Source: an uncultured cyanobacterium (lineage in GTDB: Bacteria; Cyanobacteriota; Cyanobacteriia; CACIAM-69d). Taken from it: DNA of 30,241 nucleotides. The stretch spans positions 1 through 30,241 of the forward strand of contig CALGDE010000005.1 of NCBI GenBank assembly GCA_937883785.1. The letters are read 5' to 3'. Position numbers and translations under genes: made by a program. Positions 8,156 through 16,817 of the stretch are shown in pieces (position 1 is the first letter of the stretch; each line of letters begins with the position of its first letter). Under the pieces are notes generated by a model. The model saw only the letters and a program-made list of their open reading frames with translations. It ran no database searches and had not been told where the DNA came from.

Positions 8156-8566
8156 TCAGTTGTTCTCCTCTGGCGCTGGCACTTCTTCCGCGCGGTAGAA
8201 CACAAACTGAGTTGCGACACCGAGGCTTTCCACCTCATAGCTCGGCAGCTGCCCCGACAAAAAATCTGGCAATAGCGAGCTCGCCGTTAGCGTGGTTTTG
8301 TAATGGCTTACCACGCCTAAATTGGTCCGCTCAGTACCCGACTCAATCAGCCCCTTAAGCTGGGGTCTCAACTCCGCCACCACATTGCGACACTGCTCCT
8401 GAAGGTTAATTCCGAAGGTATTGGATAACTCAGAGCACGTTTCCGTCTGCAACTTCTCCACTAACTTGTGGCTCGCCTCCTCCGCGTAGGCTTCCGGCGA
8501 TGGATTCGTTAGTGCCAACCCCCCGCCCACTGCCACCAACGCCACCAAGCCAGCAATCAATTTCAT
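8156..8566 (-). CDS. Small secreted or membrane-anchored hypothetical protein (possibly the cyanobacterial DUF4359 family)
   Basis: N-terminal hydrophobic signal (MKLIAGLVALVAVGGGLALT). The track ORF starts with TTG at 8569; the ATG at 8564-8566 is preferred. Confidence 0.55.
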   Translation of the reverse strand: MKLIAGLVALVAVGGGLALTNPSPEAYAEEASHKLVEKLQTETCSELSNTFGINLQEQCRNVVAELRPQLKGLIESGTERTNLGVVSHYKTTLTASSLLPDFLSGQLPSYEVESLGVATQFVFYRAEEVPAPEENN

Positions 8567-8817
8567 CAATCACTCCCCAAAAATTGTCACAACATTACAA
8601 TCCCTGCATTTCTAATCTATCCAACTCAATGACCCCGGCTTTTTTTCGCAACTTAATGGGATTGATGTTGGGCGATCGTGTTACCCTAGTTCGGCTAATT
8701 CACAAATCGCACACCCAAGATTTCGGGTTTAGGCAGTGGCATTCGGGACTTTTTTACCCACGCTACAACGCTAAAAACAACTTGGGTGGAGGCTAAAACC
8801 CGAAAAGGAGAAAAATA

Positions 8818-9630
8818 ATGGCAGTAGTTTCTTTGGCGGAACTCCTGGAAGCAGGGGTTCACTTTGGTCACCAGGCCAGCCGTTGGAATCCAAAAATGGA
8901 TCCCTTCATTTTTACCGCCCGCAACGGCGTTCACATTATCGACCTGGTGCAAACCGCCCAGTGTATGGAGACGGCGTACCAGTACCTACGCACCGCCTCT
9001 GAGCAAGGCAAAAACGTTCTTTTCGTAGGGACCAAGCGTCAAGCTGCGGGCATCATTGCCCAGGAAGCAGCCCGCTGCGGTGGCTACTACGTTAACCAGC
9101 GTTGGTTGGGTGGAATGCTCACCAACTGGTCCACCATCAAAGGTCGGGTTGAGCGTTTGAAGGAGCTAGAGCGTCGGGAAGCCACCGGAGCTTTAGATCT
9201 GTTGCCTAAGAAGGAAGCGTCCGTACTACGTCGTGAGCTGGCAAAGTTGAAGAAGTACCTGGACGGTATTAAAAACATGCGTCGCCAGCCGGACATCGTT
9301 GTCATCATTGACCAACGTCGTGAGTACAACGCAGTTCAAGAGTGCATCAAGCTTGGTGTTCCCATCGTGTCTTTGCTGGATACCAACTGCGACCCCGACG
9401 TGGTGGATGTGCCTATTCCTTCCAATGACGACGCAATTCGTTCCATCAAGCTAATCATTGGCCGCCTTGCGGATGCCATCTATGAAGGGCGTCACGGTGA
9501 GCTGACCACCGATGATTATGACCAATACGATGCTGAGTCCTTTGAAGATGAGGTTTACGAGGGCGAGGAAGCTGCTCCCGAGGAATCTGCTGCTACAGAG
9601 GCGGAAACCGCAGAAACCGCTGCTGGTTAA
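8818..9630 (+). CDS. rpsB: 30S ribosomal protein S2
   Basis: [32 protein letters not shown]... with an acidic C-terminal tail. An aaggag SD lies 8 nt upstream of the ATG. Confidence 0.95.
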   Translation: MAVVSLAELLEAGVHFGHQASRWNPKMDPFIFTARNGVHIIDLVQTAQCMETAYQYLRTASEQGKNVLFVGTKRQAAGIIAQEAARCGGYYVNQRWLGGMLTNWSTIKGRVERLKELERREATGALDLLPKKEASVLRRELAKLKKYLDGIKNMRRQPDIVVIIDQRREYNAVQECIKLGVPIVSLLDTNCDPDVVDVPIPSNDDAIRSIKLIIGRLADAIYEGRHGELTTDDYDQYDAESFEDEVYEGEEAAPEESAATEAETAETAAG

Positions 9631-9837
9631 ACGCTGAAGTCAGTCGCGCTCTGTGGACAAAAAATCTTGCGGCTCTGGTTTTGCAGATTGCAAGTTTATG
9701 TAACTGGGCTGATTGTCATAATCCCCTCAACGTTTTTGTTGGGGGGACTTTAGTTGAAAGTGGCAAGATTGGCACCGTTGGGGTGATATTTCCCGCGATT
9801 CCCCATAGGATTAGGGTTGGACCTTTATTCATCCACC

Positions 9838-10473
9838 ATGGCGGAAATGGTTACGGCGAACCAGGTCAAGATCCTTCGGGCTCAAACTGGCGCGGGAATT
9901 ATGGACTGTAAGCGTGCTTTAGTGTCGACCAATGGTGATTTGGTTAGGGCGCTAGAGTGGTTGCGCCAGCGTGGAATTGCAGCGGAGACTCCGACGGTCG
10001 GTCAAACAACGGCGGAAGGGGCGATCGCCAGCTACATTCACACGGGCAACCGTATTGGTGTCTTGGTGGAGCTAAATTGCCAAACTGATACGGTGGCAAA
10101 GCATCCTGATTTTCAGGACCTGGCTCATAATGTCGCCATGCAAATTGCCGCCTGTTCTCAAGTTCAATATATTTCCATTGCCGATGTTCCTGGGGCGCTG
10201 ATTTTAAAGGAACAGGCGCTGGAGCTAGGGCGAGATGATTTAGCGGGGAAACCAGAAGAGACCAAGGCGAAAATTGCGGGGGAGCGGGTGCAAAAGCGAC
10301 TGGAAGATATGTGTTTACTTACCCAGCCCTACATTCGCGATCAAAGTATTAACGTAGAGGAGCTGGTTCAAAAGGCGATCGCCCGCTTTGGTGAGGAAAT
10401 TCAGGTGCGTCGCTTTAGCCGGTTTATTTTGGGCGAAGAGTTGGAAAATCAGCTAATCACTTATTCTGCTTAA
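9838..10473 (+). CDS. tsf: Translation elongation factor Ts
   Basis: MAEMVTANQVKILRAQTGAGIMDCKRALVSTNGDLVRALEWLRQRGIA... is a typical EF-Ts N-terminus. The track ORF starts 21 nt upstream at a TTG (9817); the ATG at 9838 is preferred. Confidence 0.9.
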   Translation: MAEMVTANQVKILRAQTGAGIMDCKRALVSTNGDLVRALEWLRQRGIAAETPTVGQTTAEGAIASYIHTGNRIGVLVELNCQTDTVAKHPDFQDLAHNVAMQIAACSQVQYISIADVPGALILKEQALELGRDDLAGKPEETKAKIAGERVQKRLEDMCLLTQPYIRDQSINVEELVQKAIARFGEEIQVRRFSRFILGEELENQLITYSA

Positions 10474-10566
10474 TCAAGAAGTAGGTTGCTAGCCATTCCA
10501 ATATGGACGCCAATAAGAGCAAAAAACTGAGAAGAACATCTGGGGCAATTCAACAATAATTCTTCT

Positions 10567-12198
10567 ATGGCTGACTCCATTCTTAATTTAAAAAATAAGT
10601 TGCGGGGATTATCAGTTGAAACCCAGGCGATCGCCCAGAAATTACACAGCGCTGACCGTCACTACTTAGCCCTATTGGGAAAAACCGCCCGGCAGCAATT
10701 GATCCTAGCTTGCTATCAGGTCTGTACAACGCAATACCCTGAAGAGTTCTTGGATCTAACTCCAGAACAAAAGCAAACCCTACAAAACAAAGTAAAAGCG
10801 TTAGGACTTGAGTTGCAGCAAAATCTATTGGGGGTTTTGGACTCGGCCTTGGACAAACAGCCAAAAAATCCCGACTCCTTTCAAGAATTTATAATCAGCA
10901 GCTTATTTTCCAACGCCAAAATTTCCCGGAAGCGCCGTAGGAACAGAAAAGGTAAGGCTAAGAAAGGCAGTGATTTTGATGGTGGCGACTTCGATGGCGA
11001 TAGCGACTTAGGCGAAAATAATAGAACCTTAGTCGTTTTAAGCGACGAAATTGCCTCAGAAGAACTGTCGGAAACGGGACTGTCTCCGGAGCGTCTAGCG
11101 GAAGCGCTAGCCAATGCCCTTGAGTCGGTTATGGGCGAAGATTCAGATGAAGATGGCAGCGATGAAAGTAAAAAAGATAATGATCCTAAAGGCTTAAATG
11201 ACGAAGAAGGTGAGGAGAAAAGAAACGAAAATAATGAAGATATCGAAGCAGAAAATATTGACGAAAACTTCGAGGAAGGTCCGGTAAAAGTTGGCGCCCT
11301 AGATGAATTTATAGCGGAAGAAAAAAACGTTTCATCAGAGGATTTTACGGACGAAATCTACGATCGCGACGACGAAGTTAATTCAGAGGGTGATCAGCAA
11401 GATTTAGAGACTCTGGAATCGGAGCAAGAGTTGGGGGATTTGGAGAAGGATCGTGAAGGAAGTGAGGAGACTGAGGGCGATCGCGATGCCAATCAGGACC
11501 CGGACAATACCTCCTCCAGCAGCGACGTTAGTAGCAGCTTTCTAGGGGAATATTTTGCAGAAAAGGGTCCCGAAGGAAATGCTGGGGACGAGAAAAACGG
11601 TGCCGATGGGAATGAAGTCGCCTCGATTGCCAGCAAGAATCAACCCTTGGTTATTCAGCCGAAATCAGAAAGTACTGGATTAAGCACCTTGGGGCTGGCA
11701 AGCTTAAGTTCATCGTTGCCGGACACTCCGCCGGTGGACATTACCAAAAGTGAAGTACCTTTTGACGTTATCCAGTGGCAGCGATCGTGGGAGCGTTTAG
11801 TGTTGTCCAGCCTGCAAAAAACCTCTTACCGTACCAACCGGCTTCTAAGGACCAGCAAGGCCATTCCCGAGCCCCTCGCCAATCCATTTATTGAAGGCGA
11901 CCTCTCCCTCAGCCGCGAGTCGTCTTCAAAAACTCCAAACTTACTCGCCCTAACCATTGAGCCCACGAAAGCCCCTCCCTTTGGCGATCGCCCGACTCCG
12001 ATGCGTGTGGTGGCGGTACACCTCAACTTAAGCGACCTGGAGCTGGTTAACCCTGAGTTGCGGCGGCGATCGCTCAAGATTCGCAAACTGTTTAGCCAGT
12101 TAGAGACCTTAAACCAGCAGCATCAGGATATTCAGAAAAAGCTCAATATTGCTCAAGCCGACATGGAATGGCGCAGCAGCTGGTCTGACGATAGCTAA
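10567..12198 (+). CDS. Hypothetical protein with structured N- and C-terminal regions separated by a roughly 250-aa extremely acidic (D/E/S-rich) low-complexity linker
   Basis: 543-aa ORF with an ATG start and no recognisable domain. The linker runs approximately residues 140-390; it is preceded by a basic patch (RKRRRNRKGKAKKG). Confidence 0.6.
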   Translation: MADSILNLKNKLRGLSVETQAIAQKLHSADRHYLALLGKTARQQLILACYQVCTTQYPEEFLDLTPEQKQTLQNKVKALGLELQQNLLGVLDSALDKQPKNPDSFQEFIISSLFSNAKISRKRRRNRKGKAKKGSDFDGGDFDGDSDLGENNRTLVVLSDEIASEELSETGLSPERLAEALANALESVMGEDSDEDGSDESKKDNDPKGLNDEEGEEKRNENNEDIEAENIDENFEEGPVKVGALDEFIAEEKNVSSEDFTDEIYDRDDEVNSEGDQQDLETLESEQELGDLEKDREGSEETEGDRDANQDPDNTSSSSDVSSSFLGEYFAEKGPEGNAGDEKNGADGNEVASIASKNQPLVIQPKSESTGLSTLGLASLSSSLPDTPPVDITKSEVPFDVIQWQRSWERLVLSSLQKTSYRTNRLLRTSKAIPEPLANPFIEGDLSLSRESSSKTPNLLALTIEPTKAPPFGDRPTPMRVVAVHLNLSDLELVNPELRRRSLKIRKLFSQLETLNQQHQDIQKKLNIAQADMEWRSSWSDDS

Positions 12199-12533
12199 GT
12201 TTTTCGCAAAAATATAGGTCTTTAAAACATAGGTTTGTGAACCGTCTGGGTCATAAGTTTTTAGGGTGGGAGGCAATCCTCACAAGGTTGGGCAGCCCAG
12301 CTGTTGGGATTAGTGTGTAGAAATATTTGTTGCCAATATTCCGCTTTGAAAATGCCCCTAAAAATTCGGATAAGGCTCCAAAATGCCCGTGATAAAGTAT
12401 TGGAGGTTCAGCGTAAACATTGGCTTTGTCCCCAACCAACGAACCGAAAAATTAGTTGGACGGGCTGCGCTAGCGTTTAAGAATCCAAAAACCAAATGCT
12501 GAACCGATGCGCCCTTCTTAATCCTGTGTAGTT

Positions 12534-13475
12534 ATGAGAATACTGATCACCGGCGGCGCGGGTTTTATTGGCTCGCACCTCATTGATCGCCTAATGAACG
12601 CCGACCATGACGTTATTTGTCTCGATAACTTCTATACGGGGCACAAGCGTAATATTCAACATTGGCTAGGCAACCCAAACTTCGAGCTAATTCGCCACGA
12701 CATTACCGAGCCCATTCGCCTAGAAATCGATCAGATTTACCATCTGGCTTGTCCCGCCTCGCCGGTGCACTACCAGTACAATCCGGTGAAAACGGTCAAA
12801 ACCAACGTTACCGGCACTCTGAATATGTTAGGGCTGGCAAAGCGCACCAAAGCCCGTATTTTGCTGGCGTCCACCTCTGAGGTTTATGGGGATCCAGAAG
12901 TTCACCCCCAAACGGAAGATTACCGCGGCAATGTGAACCCCATTGGTCCTCGCAGTTGCTACGACGAGGGTAAGCGTATTGCTGAAACCTTGACCTTTGA
13001 CTATCACCGCCAAAACGGCGTTGACGTTAGGGTCGTGCGAATTTTCAATACTTACGGTACCCGGATGCTGGAAAACGACGGGCGGGTGGTCAGCAACTTC
13101 ATCGTCCAAGCCCTACAGGGCAAGCCTTTGACCGTATATGGCGATGGATCCCAAACTCGCAGCTTCTGCTATGTATCTGACCTGGTGGAAGGGTTTATTC
13201 GCATGATGAACAACGAGGAGCACATCGGTCCGGTTAATTTGGGCAATCCTGACGAGTACACCATTCTCCAGCTTGCTGAAACTGTGCGGAGCTTAACGGA
13301 CCCCAGTCTTGACATTAATTTCAAGCCTTTGCCCCAGGACGATCCTCGCCGTCGTCAGCCAGATATTACCCGTGCGAAAAAGTGGCTAGATTGGGCTCCG
13401 ACAATTCCTCTGAACGATGGGTTGGACAAGACAATTAGTTATTTTCGTGAACACTTGAGTGAAAAGCAGGGTTAG
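12534..13475 (+). CDS. uxs: UDP-glucuronate decarboxylase (UDP-xylose synthase), NAD-dependent SDR family
   Basis: [16 protein letters not shown]...YxxxK...DGSQTRSF is typical of the UXS family. Confidence 0.88.
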   Translation: MRILITGGAGFIGSHLIDRLMNADHDVICLDNFYTGHKRNIQHWLGNPNFELIRHDITEPIRLEIDQIYHLACPASPVHYQYNPVKTVKTNVTGTLNMLGLAKRTKARILLASTSEVYGDPEVHPQTEDYRGNVNPIGPRSCYDEGKRIAETLTFDYHRQNGVDVRVVRIFNTYGTRMLENDGRVVSNFIVQALQGKPLTVYGDGSQTRSFCYVSDLVEGFIRMMNNEEHIGPVNLGNPDEYTILQLAETVRSLTDPSLDINFKPLPQDDPRRRQPDITRAKKWLDWAPTIPLNDGLDKTISYFREHLSEKQG

Positions 13476-13530
13476 GGTGTTTCATCAGTTAAGTGCTGGA
13501 AGCCTTACACAGTGGGGAGTACACGCCCCT

Positions 13531-13604
13531 TTAAAACAAAAAAGTCTAGGGGCTGAAACCCTGACGCTCAAAGGCTCTTGATTTTAGATGATGACAGCCC
13601 CTGG
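13531..13604. repeat. Dispersed intergenic hairpin element, copy 1 (A-rich leader, then 10-bp stem CTAGGGGCTG/CAGCCCCTGG enclosing ...TTTAGATGATGA)
   Basis: Related copies lie at about 16371-16432, 19232-19300 and 20471-20545 and share the core (G)GGCTGAA...TT(T/A)A(G/A)ATGATGACAGCC(C/T)C. Confidence 0.6.
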
Positions 13605-14090
13605 TAGAGGCAGAGTTGGCGAAAAGTGGACTTGCTTGAGCGTAAGCCCACGGGCGCGATCTCCCAGTATTGAGAACTAAGCAGCAACATCTCGGCTATT
13701 CTTCAGTTTTCACAGAGCCGTCTGCGAGTTTGGAGAATGCTTGGAAACGCGGTGGATAAGCTGGGAGGGGGCATGATCGTATGGGTCTTGTCTCCGGGAA
13801 AACTAGCTTAGAGAGCCAACCGATCTTCCCTGTTTAGGACTCCGTTCTGGTGAATAGTCAGCAAGGTGAAGGAAGAGTCTGTGCGATGATTTCACCGCGC
13901 CAAATTTCCTCCGCAATGTCTTTTATGTTGCCATTACGCCATAGGAGCCAGTTGCGTGACAGATTTGCTATGACAGAAGCGATAGGGTGAGCCATCGCCT
14001 GGTTCGATGTCCTGCGAGTCAGCCATGGGGCGTTCCGTCGGCACAGGGAAAATCCGTTAGAGAAAATTAGTTGTACAAAGGACTTTAGCT

Positions 14091-15446
14091 ATGCGCGTAT
14101 GTGTTATCGGTACCGGATATGTTGGCTTAGTAACAGGGGTTTGCTTGGCACACTCAGGGCACCAGGTCATATGCGTTGATAACAACGAGGAAAAAGTTAA
14201 GCTGATGCGCTCAGGACAGTCCCCTATCTACGAACCGGGGTTGTCAGAGCTGATGCAAAGCTCTATGCAAAAGGGCTCCATTGAATTCACCACGGATCTG
14301 GCCGCTGGCGTTGACCATGGCGAAATCATGTTTATTGCTGTGGGAACGCCGCCATTGCCCAATGGGGAAAGTGACACGCGGTATGTGGAGGCGGTGGCTC
14401 GTGGCATTGGCTCGAATTTGAAAGGCGGTAGTGAATTTAAGGTCATCGTCAATAAGTCTACGGTGCCTATCGGATCCGGTGACTGGGTTCGGATGATTGT
14501 GATGGATGGGTTTAATGAAGCTAACGAAGGCGCTAGCGAGCCGTCCTTTGCGGTGGTGAGTAACCCTGAGTTTCTGCGGGAAGGCTCGGCTGTTCATGAC
14601 ACCTTTAATCCAGATCGCATTGTGCTGGGCAGTAATGAAGCTCAGGCTTTGTCGATGATGGAGAAGTTGTATCAGCCGATTATTACCCGTGAATTTGCTG
14701 AGGATAAGGAGCTGCCTCAGGTGCCGGTGGTTAAGACGGACCTAAGCTCGGCGGAGATGGTGAAGTATGCGGCTAATGCGTTTCTCGCGACGAAGATTAG
14801 CTTTGTGAACGAGGTGGCGAATATTTGCGATCGCGTGGGGGCCGATGTGGTGCAGGTAGCCCAGGGGATCGGTTTAGATTCCCGTATCGGCGGCAAGTTC
14901 CTGCAGGCGGGGATTGGCTGGGGTGGCTCCTGTTTCCCGAAGGACGTGTCGGCGCTAATTCATACCGCCAACGATTATGGCTACGAAGCGCAGCTAATGA
15001 AATCAGCGGTGTCGGTTAACCAGCACCAACGCACAATCGCCATTGAAAAGCTTCAAAGCGAGCTAAAAATCCTGAAAGGTAAAACCGTCGGTCTGCTGGG
15101 GTTGACCTTTAAGCCCGATACCGATGATATGCGGGATGCTCCGGCTTTGACATTGATTGAGCAACTTAATCGCCTAGGGGCAAAGGTGAAAGCTTACGAT
15201 CCCATTGTGTCCCAAACGGGAATGCGCCACGGTTTGTCCAACGTCTATGTGGAGACGGATCCGGAGCGTTTAGCTGATAGCTGCGATGCGCTGGTGTTGG
15301 TGACCGATTGGTCCCAGTTTAAGACCTTGGATTACGGTGCCATGGCAAAGCTGATGAATATGCCGGTGATGATTGACGGGCGTAATTTCTTGGATCCTAC
15401 AGAGATGCGATCGCTGGGCTACCGCTATGTGGGTGTAGGTCGCTAG
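14091..15446 (+). CDS. ugd: UDP-glucose 6-dehydrogenase
   Basis: N-terminal GTGYVGL Rossmann motif, catalytic GGSCFPKD, UDPG/MGDP dehydrogenase C-terminal domain. It sits next to uxs, consistent with the UDP-Glc to UDP-GlcA to UDP-Xyl route. Confidence 0.9.
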   Translation: MRVCVIGTGYVGLVTGVCLAHSGHQVICVDNNEEKVKLMRSGQSPIYEPGLSELMQSSMQKGSIEFTTDLAAGVDHGEIMFIAVGTPPLPNGESDTRYVEAVARGIGSNLKGGSEFKVIVNKSTVPIGSGDWVRMIVMDGFNEANEGASEPSFAVVSNPEFLREGSAVHDTFNPDRIVLGSNEAQALSMMEKLYQPIITREFAEDKELPQVPVVKTDLSSAEMVKYAANAFLATKISFVNEVANICDRVGADVVQVAQGIGLDSRIGGKFLQAGIGWGGSCFPKDVSALIHTANDYGYEAQLMKSAVSVNQHQRTIAIEKLQSELKILKGKTVGLLGLTFKPDTDDMRDAPALTLIEQLNRLGAKVKAYDPIVSQTGMRHGLSNVYVETDPERLADSCDALVLVTDWSQFKTLDYGAMAKLMNMPVMIDGRNFLDPTEMRSLGYRYVGVGR

Positions 15447-15467
15447 AAGGCGCCTAAAGGTCAGCGT

Positions 15468-16202
15468 CTAAAAATCTAGGTCCTTTTGCACCAGGGTTTG
15501 TAGATGTCCTAAAAATCCCATAAGTTCTTGATCCGTTAATTCGGCACGGGTGCGCTTACCATAAGCTTCTTGCAGGTAAGCCACCCCTTGTTTTTTGTCC
15601 CAGCCCACTTGCCCCATCAGGAGGTCAATTTGGGCGATCGCATCGGATAAATCCGCCGGTAATTCTGGCGCCGAAGGGGCAGGTGTGGCAGAAGCAGGTG
15701 TGGCAGAAGCAGACGGCGATGATGAAACCGGAGACGCAATCGGCTCAAAATCCAGCTCTGGGATTTCCGTTGCCTGAACGTCTGATATTGGTTTCTTAAT
15801 AGGCGAAGGTTGAGAAGATTTTCCCGCCGGAGATTTGACTTTGGGCTTGGTGGAGGAATACTCCTTTGTCTCTGGCTTCTCAGGAGTGGTCTCCGGTGTA
15901 CTTTCCGCGGCTTCAATGCTGGGAACTGTTTCGGCAAGGAGCGGTTGAGTTGAGGCGGTGCCTGACAGTTGGGCAATGGGGCGGTTATTGGAGGGGAGAG
16001 CATTGGGGGGGGAGTCCCCCAGCAGCGTCACCGAGCCGTCATAGTCAATTTCCACCAATCCAAAGGCTTCCAAAGCCCGAACGCGAGCCCGATCCTCAGC
16101 TTCTTCCAGCGTATCCGCCGCCGCCATACCCGTGGCTAAAACTTGCCCCTCCTGTTCCACCGCCACCGTCACCACGTACTGCCCCTGGGTGAATTCCAGC
16201 AT
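15468..16202 (-). CDS. Hypothetical protein: a roughly 70-aa N-terminal domain and roughly 60-aa C-terminal domain joined by a Pro/Ser/Thr-rich linker
   Basis: ATG at 16200-16202 (MLEFTQGQYVVTVAV...); an alternative ATG lies at 16251-16253. The track ORF starts with TTG at 16301. No family recognised. Confidence 0.5.
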   Translation of the reverse strand: MLEFTQGQYVVTVAVEQEGQVLATGMAAADTLEEAEDRARVRALEAFGLVEIDYDGSVTLLGDSPPNALPSNNRPIAQLSGTASTQPLLAETVPSIEAAESTPETTPEKPETKEYSSTKPKVKSPAGKSSQPSPIKKPISDVQATEIPELDFEPIASPVSSSPSASATPASATPAPSAPELPADLSDAIAQIDLLMGQVGWDKKQGVAYLQEAYGKRTRAELTDQELMGFLGHLQTLVQKDLDF

Positions 16203-16370
16203 TTTCGATACTAAGCAGCCTGTGGGATACCGCGATCGAAATTCTGCAAACATAAATAGTGAAATTACTAGAGGTACTTGTTGACAGCGAGCCCCGCTCA
16301 AACTTGGGACAGATAACGTAACGCTAATGTAGCGTACCGGCTAATCTTTCGTTTTGTGGAGCTTCCCGTA

Positions 16371-16432
16371 AGGGATGATGAAACGCCCTAATGGTCCTTA
16401 AATTTAAATGGTGACAGCCCCTGACGCTGAAT
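16371..16432. repeat. Dispersed intergenic hairpin element, copy 2 (rearranged)
   Basis: GGATGATGAAACGCCC...TTAAATTTAAATGGTGACAGCCCCTGACGCTGA shares the TGATGACAGCCCC and CCCTGACGCT blocks with copy 1. Confidence 0.45.
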
Positions 16433-16817
16433 AAATGAAAATCAAATGAAAATTGTCTGCGATTTAACTCAACGACTTTCAACTCAGTTACTAACGAGTC
16501 GCTTTATGGCAAAATTGACTTGACAAATAACGTTAGCCCAACAAAAAACGTCGCCGTTAGGCGTTTAATTTGTCCCAACTTGCGTTTCACTGCGTTAGTC
16601 TGATTCTCCACAACTTTCGTGACCTTTCTTCGCTTTGGTGTCACTAATTGTTGTCGACGTTGAGAATTTTGTTTTTAGCTGCTTCAAGGCTTTAAGGTTG
16701 AAACTAGAAGTTTTGGTCTTTTGAATCGCTACGTTTAAATGGCGGCTAAATAACGTTATTGCTTGGGCGCTTATTTGGTTTTTATCGTTTGGTTTTACCG
16801 TTGGAGGTTTACGCGCT

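Noticed and set aside
6024-8198. Short ORFs inside the repeat array (for example 6024..6263+, 6975..7226-, 7412..7612+, 7968..8198+)
   Set aside because: The three module copies differ by single-nucleotide indels, so no reading frame is conserved. Any conserved peptide stretches simply reflect about 90% DNA identity.
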